Shown here piece after piece: positions 16,755 through 25,871 of a stretch of 64,000 nucleotides of DNA (position 1 is the stretch's first letter; each line of letters starts with the position of its first letter). The translations under genes and the position numbers were made by a program. The notes beneath the pieces were generated by a model. That model searched no databases. It was not told the origin of the DNA and worked only from the letters and a program-made list of their open reading frames with translations. This DNA is from Candidatus Latescibacterota bacterium (GTDB lineage Bacteria; Latescibacterota; UBA2968; UBA8231): the NCBI GenBank assembly GCA_965215195.1, contig CBDCDC010000001.1:224001-288000 (forward strand), in the 5' to 3' direction.

Positions 16755-18203
16755 TCAGAAGGGGGATTTTTCCACGGAAGTGGCGCAGGGCATGATCGCA
16801 GCATCAACCATGCCGTGCAGGATCTTCTTGTCGGCCGGGAACACTAGCGCTTGAATGCCGCACAGGCGCGGCGCATCGCCGATGACGTAGTAATAAGGAC
16901 GCAGCATCACCCGGCCCCGCATGGGCACGACCTCGTCGCGGTAGAAGTCGTAGTAGCGCACGGTGCGGCGGGCGGCCTTGTGGAACTCCTGCAAGATATA
17001 GGGCTGGTGCGCAAAGTGGTCGAGTGCCTCTTGTACGCGCTCGGCCCACTCGGCTTCGGGCAGATCGTGGCCGATGGACACGCCCTTGCTCTCATACGCG
17101 ATACTGGAAAAACCCGAGGGCTTGAGCACGAGCTCGCGCTGCTTTTTGGTTAGCTGCTTCAACTGCTGCCAGTCGCTGACGGGCTGGCCGCCAATGTCGA
17201 GGCCGGGAATGATGGCGTGGGGCGGCAGCGGCCGCGCATCGACGATCCAAGAGCGCGGAATTAGGCTGCCCAAGGCGGCAAAAGGCTCCTTGCCCAAGGC
17301 GCGGCGCCAATAGGATTTGAGCGCGGGGTGGTGATAGAGCGCCAGCCAGAGCTTTTCTTCGAGATAGGCCTTCGGCGGCGGGGTCAGGCACAGGGCGTTC
17401 TTCTTGGTGAAATAGGCAAAAAGATCGGCCTTGGGAATGTTTTTGAGGTCGAACAACTCGAAGAAGCGATAGGCCGCGTCAATGCGCCAAGGGGCCGGCT
17501 CGTCAGGGCCTTGGAGGAAGAGGCCATTTTCGTCAAAGCGAGCCTCGCGCGGATGGGCACTGCGGGCCGGTCTGCCGGCCGCCTGCAAGCGCTCGACCAG
17601 CCATTCCATTTCTCGGCGATAGGCCTCGGATTCGTCCGAGACAAAGAGGGCAAAATGCGGCTCGGCTACCTTGGCGGCCGCGGCAATAGCTTCGTAGAAT
17701 GGGTCGATCAGGCCGCGGGCCCCGCCGATGATGGCGTAGCCGAGGTCGGCATAGGCCTCCGAGACTTGGGCGGTGAAGCCCATGCCGCCGGGAATGGCGT
17801 CTAGCTCGACCAACTTGAAGCCATCCTCGGTGAGCAAAAGGTCCGGGCGGATGACCAAGGGCAACTGGGACTTGATGCGATTCCAGAGGCCCATCTCGCG
17901 CACGGCACTCGGTTTGCCCAAGTCCAAGTACTCGTGGATCCAAGGCGGCTCAACGCCCTTGACGCTCTGGTGGTAGAGCTGGTTGCAGGCCCGGTAAAAC
18001 TGATATAGGACGCCGCCGAGCTGGTCTAAGTAGCGGTGTTGTGCCGGCGAGAGCCAGAAAGGCTCCGGGGCAATGCGCCACGGCAGATTGCTGTCCGGGT
18101 GTACATGGGTGCGGTCGCCTTCAAAAAGGCCGCCGGCCGGACAATGGGCGTTGATGTGGAGGCAGAGCGCTTTGAGGTCGGATGCAGTGCTCGGGAGGGA
18201 CAT
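16755..18203 (-). CDS. Uncharacterised ATP-grasp-type (glutathionylspermidine synthase-like) amide ligase
   Basis: IRPDLLLTEDGFKLVELDAIPGG, LVLKPSGFS, YILQEF resemble circularly permuted ATP-grasp motifs. Confidence 0.6.
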   Translation of the reverse strand: MSLPSTASDLKALCLHINAHCPAGGLFEGDRTHVHPDSNLPWRIAPEPFWLSPAQHRYLDQLGGVLYQFYRACNQLYHQSVKGVEPPWIHEYLDLGKPSAVREMGLWNRIKSQLPLVIRPDLLLTEDGFKLVELDAIPGGMGFTAQVSEAYADLGYAIIGGARGLIDPFYEAIAAAAKVAEPHFALFVSDESEAYRREMEWLVERLQAAGRPARSAHPREARFDENGLFLQGPDEPAPWRIDAAYRFFELFDLKNIPKADLFAYFTKKNALCLTPPPKAYLEEKLWLALYHHPALKSYWRRALGKEPFAALGSLIPRSWIVDARPLPPHAIIPGLDIGGQPVSDWQQLKQLTKKQRELVLKPSGFSSIAYESKGVSIGHDLPEAEWAERVQEALDHFAHQPYILQEFHKAARRTVRYYDFYRDEVVPMRGRVMLRPYYYVIGDAPRLCGIQALVFPADKKILHGMVDAAIMPCATSVEKSPF

Positions 18204-18333
18204 CGAATAGGCTCTCTAAGATGGATGTAACCAATGTAGGACAAATGGTCCGCTCGGTCAACGACGGGCCGGTTGGCCTTTGGCAAGACCAAGCCCGCAG
18301 CGCATATTTGCTCGGACGACAAAGGAGCGCGAT

Positions 18334-19164
18334 ATGGAGCTGATAGGGAGGCGTTGCCTAGTGACCGGCGGGGGGCGCGGCCTTGGCCGGGCCTTGGCCT
18401 TGGCCTTGGCGCGGGAAGGGGCGCACGTGGCGATTGTGGCCCGCACCAGATCAGAGCTGGACGAGACGGCCGCGCTTTTGGCCGACCAAGGCCAAGCGGC
18501 GTTGAAATTGCGGGCGGATGTGGGGCGGCGCGAGGAGGTAGATGCGGCCATTGAGCGCGTGCTCGCAGCTTGGGATGGCGTCGATGTGCTGGTCAACAAC
18601 GCCGGGATTCAGGGGCCTATCGGGCGGGTGGAAGAGGTCGATCCAGAGGCTTGGATGCAGGTGGTGCAGGTCAACCTCGGCGGCTGTTTCTACTGCACCC
18701 GCAAGGTCTTGCCGGCCATGATCGCCCAGCACTACGGCAAGATCATCAACCTCTCGGGCGGCGGCGCGGTAGGACCGCGGCCCTTCTTTAGCGCGTATAG
18801 CGCCTCCAAGGCCGGAATCGTGCGCTTTAGCGAAAACTTGGCCGGAGAAGTGGCCGAGCACGGCATTGACGTCAACGCCCTTGCCCCCGGAGCGGTTAAC
18901 ACGCGGATGCTCGATCAGCGGCTAGCAGCCGGCGCGGCTGTGAGTGCAGCGGAACGAGAGCAGGACCAGCGCCTGCTGCGCGAGGGCGACGCTACAGGCG
19001 AGCGAGCGGCCGCACTGGCGGTCTATCTGGCCTCGGCGCGCTCAGACGGGCTGACGGGCCGGTTGCTGTCCGCGGTTTGGGATCCGTGGGAAGCCCTCGA
19101 TGTCGAGGCGATTATGGCCACGGAGACTTTTGCGGTGCGGCGCGTCCAACAGCAGGAGGGCTGA
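18334..19164 (+). CDS. Short-chain dehydrogenase/reductase
   Basis: TGGGRGLG, NNAG, YSASK. Confidence 0.92.
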   Translation: MELIGRRCLVTGGGRGLGRALALALAREGAHVAIVARTRSELDETAALLADQGQAALKLRADVGRREEVDAAIERVLAAWDGVDVLVNNAGIQGPIGRVEEVDPEAWMQVVQVNLGGCFYCTRKVLPAMIAQHYGKIINLSGGGAVGPRPFFSAYSASKAGIVRFSENLAGEVAEHGIDVNALAPGAVNTRMLDQRLAAGAAVSAAEREQDQRLLREGDATGERAAALAVYLASARSDGLTGRLLSAVWDPWEALDVEAIMATETFAVRRVQQQEG

Positions 19165-20184
19165 GTGTACAAGGTGGGAATCGTCGGCGCGGGGCGCATG
19201 GGGCGGCGGCGGGCGGCCACGGCCCGGGCCCATCCCGCGTCCGCCGTGGCCCTGATCTACGACGAGTGCGCCTCCACCGCCGCCGAACTGGCCGCCAAAT
19301 GCGGAGCCGCGGTAGCGGCTTCGTGGGAGGAGCTAGTCGCGGCCGACCTCGACATCGCAGTGGTCGCGACGACGCACGACGCCTTGGCCCCCATCAGCAC
19401 CGCCGCCCTCTTGGCCGGCCAACACGTCTTGTGCGAAAAGCCGCTGGGGCGCAACCCTCGGGAAGCCCGGCAGGCCGTGGCCGCGGCCGAGCGGAGCGGG
19501 CGCGTGCTCAAGGTTGGCTACAACCACCGCTATCACCCCGCCATCCAAAAGCTGCACGCGGTTTGCACGGCCGGCGAGATCGGCCCGCTGCTGAGCATCC
19601 GGGCGCGCTATGGCCACGGCGGGCGACCCGGCTACGAGCGCGAGTGGCGGGCGAGCCCCGAGAAGGCCGGCGGCGGCGAGCTGTTGGACCAAGGGGCGCA
19701 TCTCATCGACTTGGCCAAGTGGCTGTTGGGGGACTTTGCCGAAGTCACAGGCTATGCCGAGACCCATTTCTGGGACGCACCCGTGGAGGACAATGCCTAC
19801 GGACTCTTTCGCACGGCCACCGGGCAGATCGCCTCCCTGCACGCGAGTTGGACGCAGTGGAAAAACCTCTTCAGCTTCGAGGTTTTTGGACGCGACGGCT
19901 ATGTCTGCGCCGAGGGTTTGGGGGGAGCCTATGGGCCAGAACGCGCCGTCGTAGGGCGGCGCAATCCCCGAGGTGGCGCACCAGACAGCGAGTGCTTCTC
20001 CTACCCGGACGAAGACCGCTCGTGGGAGCTGGAGTGGGCCGATTTTTTGCGCGGTATAGCCGGCGCGGGCACTCCTCATTCGCTTGGACGGGAGGCTTTG
20101 GAGACTATCGAGTGGATTTACCGGCTCTACCAAGCGGCGGCCGAGGGGCGCTCCGTGCGGCGGGAAGAATCTCTAACCATATAG
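19165..20184 (+). CDS. Gfo/Idh/MocA oxidoreductase
   Basis: GIVGAGRMG, HVLCEKP, GGGELLDQGAHLID. Confidence 0.92.
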   Translation: MYKVGIVGAGRMGRRRAATARAHPASAVALIYDECASTAAELAAKCGAAVAASWEELVAADLDIAVVATTHDALAPISTAALLAGQHVLCEKPLGRNPREARQAVAAAERSGRVLKVGYNHRYHPAIQKLHAVCTAGEIGPLLSIRARYGHGGRPGYEREWRASPEKAGGGELLDQGAHLIDLAKWLLGDFAEVTGYAETHFWDAPVEDNAYGLFRTATGQIASLHASWTQWKNLFSFEVFGRDGYVCAEGLGGAYGPERAVVGRRNPRGGAPDSECFSYPDEDRSWELEWADFLRGIAGAGTPHSLGREALETIEWIYRLYQAAAEGRSVRREESLTI

Positions 20185-20341
20185 AAAAAAATGAGTTATG
20201 GGGAGTACGGTCGCTGCGCCACTAGGTGCGGCGATTATTTTTTGCCGCGCGCGTTATTTTTTTGAAAATTTTGCGCAAAAATTTCTTACCATATAGATAG
20301 CTAGACGGCAAACACTACTTTTTTGTCATAGAAAGGAAGGA

Positions 20342-20404
20342 ATGCCTTTAGGCGAAGTGAAGTACCCTAAACCAACTATCTACCCGCATCTCAGAGACCC
20401 TTAA
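20342..20404 (+). CDS. Putative 20-aa small ORF (MPLGEVKYPKPTIYPHLRDP)
   Basis: Purine-rich GAAAGGAAGGA directly upstream of the ATG; ends 16 nt before the next gene. Confidence 0.3.
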   Translation: MPLGEVKYPKPTIYPHLRDP

Positions 20405-20420
20405 CCCCGCAGGAAGTGCT

Positions 20421-20672
20421 ATGAGAACAGATCAGGATGTCGCCCAAGTGGAACGCGTTGCGATGGCTTATCGACGCCTTGCTAATGCTATGATTCTCAG
20501 TACTTTACGCGAAATATCCAAGATGGATGAGGTCGTGGAAACGCCAGATGACACCCCGGAGATGGCCTTTGTCGAAAGCTCTAGGATCGATCCTTGGTGC
20601 GAGCTGGCCGGCCTCGAACCCGAAGTCGTGCGCAAGGCCGCCAAACGGCTGATTGAGGAACGACCTTTTTAG
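20421..20672 (+). CDS. Small hypothetical protein
   Basis: 83-aa ORF with AGGAAG RBS and its own terminator. Confidence 0.65.
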   Translation: MRTDQDVAQVERVAMAYRRLANAMILSTLREISKMDEVVETPDDTPEMAFVESSRIDPWCELAGLEPEVVRKAAKRLIEERPF

Positions 20673-20693
20673 CACACAACAGCACAAACCAAC

Positions 20694-20729
20694 AAAAAGC
20701 TCCGGGACGAACACTTCCGGAGCTTTTTT
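20694..20729. terminator. Bidirectional rho-independent terminator
   Basis: AAAAAGCTCCGG-N11-CCGGAGCTTTTT between convergent genes. Confidence 0.8.
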
Positions 20730-20733
20730 GCGT

Positions 20734-22722
20734 TTAATAGCCAGCGCGGAGCGCGGAGCGCGCTGCGTGGTCGAGGAGGCCGTGTACCACCTTTTCGGCA
20801 TCGCGGTGGCGCAGATCCTCAAAGCGCAAGGCCCAGACGTGGTCCCGGTACGCCATGTTGCGCAGCTCGATGAGGACCTTGACGTCAGCGGGGTTGTTGC
20901 GCAAGACCCCTAGCCCCTGCCCGCGGACGCGGGCACCAGCCCCCAATGCCGGAAGCAGGGAGCGGGCAAATTGGTGCGAGACGCGATCTACGCGCCCACT
21001 CCTGCTGCTTTTGTAGTATAAAACCAGCGGTGCTTCTGGGGCCTTGGGGTCGATGTCGGCGTGGAAGGAGAGAAAGATGCGCCGGCCGCGCGGCGCGTTG
21101 GCAAAAGCCTGACGGGCAACGCGCACGCGAGTCGAAAGATTTTTGCCGCGCGGCCAGTGGTTGTAAGCGGCCAAGTTGTACACTTCGTTCTTTTCGTTGA
21201 CAAAGGTCTGGGTCGGCGGCTCGCTTTGGCGAATTAGGTGGTTGGGGCTGAGTAGGGTCATGGTGGCGTGGGCCCCGTGCAAGCGCACCAAGACATAGAC
21301 CCGCAGCGCGATGTCGAACACGTACTCGTCTTCAACTACATAGAGCCTGTTGCCATTGCCGTCGCGGGTGGACACCACCGCGCCCGGGTCCAGCCCGCCG
21401 TGCCCCGGGTCGAGGACGATGTGCCAGCCTTCCAACCGAGAACTCAAGCGTCCCATGTTCCCGACCTTGCGCTCAAATTCCCGCCACAGGCGCACTGCTT
21501 GGCGATAAGTCTGGCGCGGCGAGCTTGGATGCTCCTCGTAATAGGTCTTGTTCGGCTGGCGCTTATTGCGCGGCCGAGAAAAGTAGTACGGGCCATTGTC
21601 TAATGCGATTTTCGGCACGTCAGCGCGGCGGATCTGCAGGTCGTCCCAATTGATCTCAGACAATTCCACCCAGCGCATCGGCCGCACCTTGAGCTGGTCG
21701 CCCGGGTGGATGACGGCGTTTCTCTTCAATTTGTTGATGCGGGTGATTTCAGCCACGCTCATCTGGTGCAGTCGGGCGATCTGCGCGAGGTAATCGCCCC
21801 GCTGCACCACGTACGTGGCCAGCCGCGGACCGTCCATAGGCGCGGCACTCGGTTCGAGCTTCCGGTCGGGGTAGAGCTTCAGCTCTTGGCCTGGGTAGAT
21901 GCGGTTTGACCGCAGGCCGTTGAGCACCTTGAGGCGATAGACGCTGATGCCGTACGCACGGGCAATCTCCCACAGCGCGTCCCCGCGCTCCACGATGTGT
22001 ACCGTGCTCTCCGCGTCTTTGAGGCGGAGCTTCTGGCCGATGAGAATTCGGTCGCCGACAAGGGCGTTGAGGCGCTGCAATTGGCTGACCGAGACTCGGT
22101 AGCGCCGGGCGATCTCGGTCAGGTTTTCGCCCTCTTGCACCACGTGGACAGCTTCATCTAACCGCGAAGCGCGCAGGCGGAGCTTTTGTCCGGGCCGGAT
22201 GAGGTCGCTTTTGAGCTGGTTGAGTTGGCGCAGAAAACCCAAGCTCACGTCGAATCGCAGGGCGATTTTCGAGAGGGTGTCGCCGCGCCGAACCGCGTAT
22301 TCGCGCGGCTCTTCGTCGTGGTCGTCGGCCAAGGTGCTCCGAGTGGGCGCGGCCGGTTGCAAGCGGAGCTTTTGTCCGACGTGGATGACGTCCCCAGCGA
22401 GGCGGTTGATCGCCTTGAGCTTATAGACCGAGACCGAAAACTGCCGAGCGATTTTCGAGAGGGTGTCGCCGCGCCGAACGCGATACCAATCGCCGCTTTG
22501 CGCTGGAAGCCCAACTTTGAGGCGCTGGCCAGGGTATATCCTACTGCCGCGGAGCTTGTTCCAGCGCTTGATTTGCCCCAGCGAGACGCGGTAGCGCACG
22601 GCAATATCAGAGAGAGTATCCCCTCGTTTGACCACATAGACGATTGGATTTTTGCGCTCGGCGGCGTCAATGGCAAAAGCACACAAGAGCAGCGCCACCA
22701 AGATAGGGACCGGGCGCGACAT
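20734..22722 (-). CDS. Secreted N-acetylmuramoyl-L-alanine amidase (Amidase_3) with six LysM domains
   Basis: Signal peptide; six Y/HxVxxGDxLxxIA repeats; LDPGHGG, E, FLSFHAD, LIEL zinc and catalytic motifs. Confidence 0.88.
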   Translation of the reverse strand: MSRPVPILVALLLCAFAIDAAERKNPIVYVVKRGDTLSDIAVRYRVSLGQIKRWNKLRGSRIYPGQRLKVGLPAQSGDWYRVRRGDTLSKIARQFSVSVYKLKAINRLAGDVIHVGQKLRLQPAAPTRSTLADDHDEEPREYAVRRGDTLSKIALRFDVSLGFLRQLNQLKSDLIRPGQKLRLRASRLDEAVHVVQEGENLTEIARRYRVSVSQLQRLNALVGDRILIGQKLRLKDAESTVHIVERGDALWEIARAYGISVYRLKVLNGLRSNRIYPGQELKLYPDRKLEPSAAPMDGPRLATYVVQRGDYLAQIARLHQMSVAEITRINKLKRNAVIHPGDQLKVRPMRWVELSEINWDDLQIRRADVPKIALDNGPYYFSRPRNKRQPNKTYYEEHPSSPRQTYRQAVRLWREFERKVGNMGRLSSRLEGWHIVLDPGHGGLDPGAVVSTRDGNGNRLYVVEDEYVFDIALRVYVLVRLHGAHATMTLLSPNHLIRQSEPPTQTFVNEKNEVYNLAAYNHWPRGKNLSTRVRVARQAFANAPRGRRIFLSFHADIDPKAPEAPLVLYYKSSRSGRVDRVSHQFARSLLPALGAGARVRGQGLGVLRNNPADVKVLIELRNMAYRDHVWALRFEDLRHRDAEKVVHGLLDHAARSALRAGY

Positions 22723-22845
22723 AGGCTAGATATTGGAATTTGGAATTGGACAACAGGGGAAGGGGTGCTGCAAGTATAACGCTATTGCGGTGATAGCGCA
22801 AAGGCTACTTGCTGGCAATAGAGGGGCAACCTATACTTCGCCCCC

Positions 22846-24228
22846 ATGAATGAAGCTAGGCTGCCCTCGGTAGATCAGATGCTCAAGCAGGTCGCCGACC
22901 TCTTGCGAAAGTACGACCGCGCCTATGTCGTCGATCAGGTGCGCCGCTGCATTGCGGACGTGCGTCGCCAAGTGCGGGCGGGCACTGTGGACGAGGAACG
23001 GGCGGTCTTGGACGTGCGAATTGAGCGGGCCGTGCGCCGCTGCATTGAGCAGGAGGCCACGCCCCGGCTGCGCCGCGTCGTCAACGCCACCGGCGTGGTG
23101 CTGCACACCGGATTGGGCCGTGCGCCGCTGCCCCGAGTGGCCCAAGAGGCCGTCGCACGGGTGGCCACCGGCTATTGCAACCTCGAATTCGAGCTGGAGT
23201 CGGGCAAACGCGGCGAGCGCGTCGCACACGTGGAGGCCCTTATATGCGCGGCGACCGCTGCAGAAGCCGCCGCCGTGGTCAACAACAACGCCGCGGCCGT
23301 GCTCCTGCTGCTCGACACCTTGGCGCGGGGGCGGGAAGTGGTGGTTTCGCGGGGGCAACAAGTCGAAATCGGCGGCTCATTCCGCCTGCCCGACATCATC
23401 GCCGCCAGTGGGGCCAAGCTGCGCGAGATTGGCACGACGAACCGCACGCACTTGCGCGACTACGAGCACGCCGTCGGCCCGGCGACCGGCGCCATTTTAG
23501 TGGTGCATCCGAGTAATTACAGGGTACAGGGCTTTACCGCCGAGGTTGACTTAAAGGACTTGGCCACCCTCAGCCAGCGCGCAGGGGTGCCGCTGGTCCA
23601 CGACTTGGGGAGCGGTGCCTTGGTTGATCTGGAACAGTGGGGGCTGCCGCCTGAGCCGCTAGTCGCCGCGAGTCTCAAGGCCGGGGCGACCGCGGTCAGC
23701 TTTAGCGGCGACAAGGTGCTGGGCGGGCCGCAAGCCGGTATTATCGCCGGCCAGCGTCCCTATGTAGAGCAAGTGCGCCAAAATCCCCTGATGCGCGCCC
23801 TGCGCTGCGACAAGCTGATCTACGCTGCGCTCGAAGCGGTGTTGTCGCTCTATCGCCTGCGGCCGGACGAGCTAACGCAGGCCCTGCCGGCGCTGGCGAT
23901 GCTGCGGACGACCGTTGAGACGCTAGACAAGCGCGCCCAGCGGCTGTTGTCCCTCTTGCCCGAGGCGGTCTGCCGCGCCCTCCGCCTCGCAGTGGTCGAA
24001 TCGCTGGCCCAAGCCGGCAGCGGGTCCCTGCCCTTGGCCGAGATCCCCAGCCGGGCCCTAGCCCTCCAGCCGAGCGCGGTCCGAGTCGAGCAGCTAGGGC
24101 GCCAGCTCAGGCGGCAGGGCATCGTCGGTCGCATCGCCCGCGAGCGGCTCCTGCTCGACATGCGCACCGTGCGCGACGACGAGGTAGAATGGATCGCCCG
24201 AGCATTGACCCACGTCGCGGCGCAGTGA
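22846..24228 (+). CDS. selA: L-seryl-tRNA(Sec) selenium transferase
   Basis: VVNATGVVLHTGLGRA, VNNNAAA, EIGGSFR, GTTNRT, FSGDKVLGGPQAG. Confidence 0.95.
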   Translation: MNEARLPSVDQMLKQVADLLRKYDRAYVVDQVRRCIADVRRQVRAGTVDEERAVLDVRIERAVRRCIEQEATPRLRRVVNATGVVLHTGLGRAPLPRVAQEAVARVATGYCNLEFELESGKRGERVAHVEALICAATAAEAAAVVNNNAAAVLLLLDTLARGREVVVSRGQQVEIGGSFRLPDIIAASGAKLREIGTTNRTHLRDYEHAVGPATGAILVVHPSNYRVQGFTAEVDLKDLATLSQRAGVPLVHDLGSGALVDLEQWGLPPEPLVAASLKAGATAVSFSGDKVLGGPQAGIIAGQRPYVEQVRQNPLMRALRCDKLIYAALEAVLSLYRLRPDELTQALPALAMLRTTVETLDKRAQRLLSLLPEAVCRALRLAVVESLAQAGSGSLPLAEIPSRALALQPSAVRVEQLGRQLRRQGIVGRIARERLLLDMRTVRDDEVEWIARALTHVAAQ

Positions 24229-24638
24229 GAACTGGGCTGTTGCTAGCGGCTTGGCTGCTCAGCGGCTGCGGCGGCAAAGAACCCACCGCACCGCTGGCCC
24301 CTGCGCCCCCCGAACCCACCGGCCGAGACGGGATAGTTGCGGTCGCCAACCACACAGCCCACGATCTCGAAGTGACCTACCTCAACGAGACCGATGCGGA
24401 CGCGCCGCGGATTGTGCGCACTCGCGTGCTGGCTGGCCAGCGCACCGAGGTTTCGGACGGGGTGCTGCCAGCCGGTCTAGAAGTGGAATTCGACCTAGTA
24501 CTCGTGCCGCACACGGCAGACGGGATTCGGGTGCGGCGCAAGATCCGGGTCGCGATTGACGGCGATTGGGTCTTGAGTGTGCGCTTGGCGGACGAATCCG
24601 ACCCCTTCAGCCTAGCGATCACCAGCGCGTCCCCATAG
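24225..24638 (+). CDS. Hypothetical lipoprotein
   Basis: GTG start overlaps the selA stop; lipobox LLSGC. Confidence 0.65.
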   Translation: MRTGLLLAAWLLSGCGGKEPTAPLAPAPPEPTGRDGIVAVANHTAHDLEVTYLNETDADAPRIVRTRVLAGQRTEVSDGVLPAGLEVEFDLVLVPHTADGIRVRRKIRVAIDGDWVLSVRLADESDPFSLAITSASP

Positions 24639-24830
24639 CTCAAAGAGAGCGCAACATTTTCGCTTGCTTTATCGCGGGGCGGGTTTTACGTTTGAGAACC
24701 CCGCGATAAATTTCAGCACCTTCCCCTTACTTTTTCGTCTCTCGCATAGCGCAAGAGCCGTTTCCGTTTCTGCTAAATTGGCTAGCTGTGCCAGCCGCGT
24801 GCTTTGGCACAGCTAAGAGGTCAAAAACCT

Positions 24831-25811
24831 ATGGTATTGGACATCCGCGGCTGGCGCGAAGAAACTGCGCCAACCGCCGAAACATCGCTAGACCAATTGC
24901 TCCAAGGCGAACAGCTCAACGCGGACGATTTGGAGCAGCTCTTGACCATTGCCGAGGACTCGGACGACAGCCGCCGGCTAGCGGCCATTGACGTCTTGAG
25001 CCGTCACCGCTCTTGGCTGGCTTCGCTCGGCATGTTGCGCCGGATCGTGCGATTGGCGCACAAGGAGCACGACCGCGGCCCAGCCGCGGCCTTGGTGCAA
25101 GCGTTGCGCCAGTGCGACGAGGTCGCCCAATTCCTAACGAGCAAAGAGCGTGCGGTCGCCCGCGAGGCCGCGCAAGGCGTACCGATCAGCCGCCAGACCC
25201 TCGCACCGATCGCCGCGGCCCTAGCCGCGGGCCTCCCAGCCGACATCGCGGCCGTACTCCTCGACAAAATTCGCCGCACCCATCCCTCTATGGTGCCCTA
25301 TGCAGTCGATTGCCTCCTCAAGTGCGCCCCCAACGAGAGCCTCTTGCGCGCGTTCTTGGCGCACTTGCCGCAAGTACCGCTCTGCGCGCTCTTTGTCGAG
25401 GCCGGGCTGCCGCAAACCATGGCTTCGGCCGCACAAGCCCGCGCTTGGCAGCAGGCGGCGCGAATGGCCACCGAGGTCCTCCAAGAGGCCCCATCGGCCA
25501 AGCTGCTGCGCCACCTGCTCAGCAAGAGTAGCGAGGACGCGGCCTTCGCTCGCAGCCACGCCCGCTTCCTGCGCGGAATCGCCCAGCGAGCCGACTCGTC
25601 GTTGGACGCCGATTTAATCGGCCACTTCGAGCGGCTCACCTCTGGCGCCTCCGAGGACAAGGTGGCCCGTCTAGCCCAGCTATTAGTCGGGTTGAGTAGG
25701 AGGCTCGACGGCCAAGCAGGGCAGCAGGCGGCAGCCCTCTTAGAAAATTGGAAATCCCGCTCGGCCTCGCTCAAGCTCAAGATCTATCACCTAGAGCAAG
25801 GCATCCGCTGA
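24831..25811 (+). CDS. Hypothetical all-alpha (HEAT/ARM-like) protein
   Basis: Long Ala/Leu-rich helical ORF with GAGG RBS and a downstream terminator. Confidence 0.6.
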   Translation: MVLDIRGWREETAPTAETSLDQLLQGEQLNADDLEQLLTIAEDSDDSRRLAAIDVLSRHRSWLASLGMLRRIVRLAHKEHDRGPAAALVQALRQCDEVAQFLTSKERAVAREAAQGVPISRQTLAPIAAALAAGLPADIAAVLLDKIRRTHPSMVPYAVDCLLKCAPNESLLRAFLAHLPQVPLCALFVEAGLPQTMASAAQARAWQQAARMATEVLQEAPSAKLLRHLLSKSSEDAAFARSHARFLRGIAQRADSSLDADLIGHFERLTSGASEDKVARLAQLLVGLSRRLDGQAGQQAAALLENWKSRSASLKLKIYHLEQGIR

Positions 25812-25837
25812 GCATTTGTTCCAATACGAGTCTCCCC

Positions 25838-25871
25838 AAGGGCCGTTCGTCGACGGGCGAACGGCCTTTTT
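25838..25871. terminator. Rho-independent terminator between convergent genes
   Basis: GGCCGTTCGTC-GACG-GGCGAACGGCC-TTTTT. Confidence 0.7.

Noticed and set aside
22846-24228. Selenoprotein or tRNA-Sec near selA
   Set aside because: No selB, selC or in-frame UGA with a plausible SECIS was recognised; the glutaredoxin uses Cys (CGWS).
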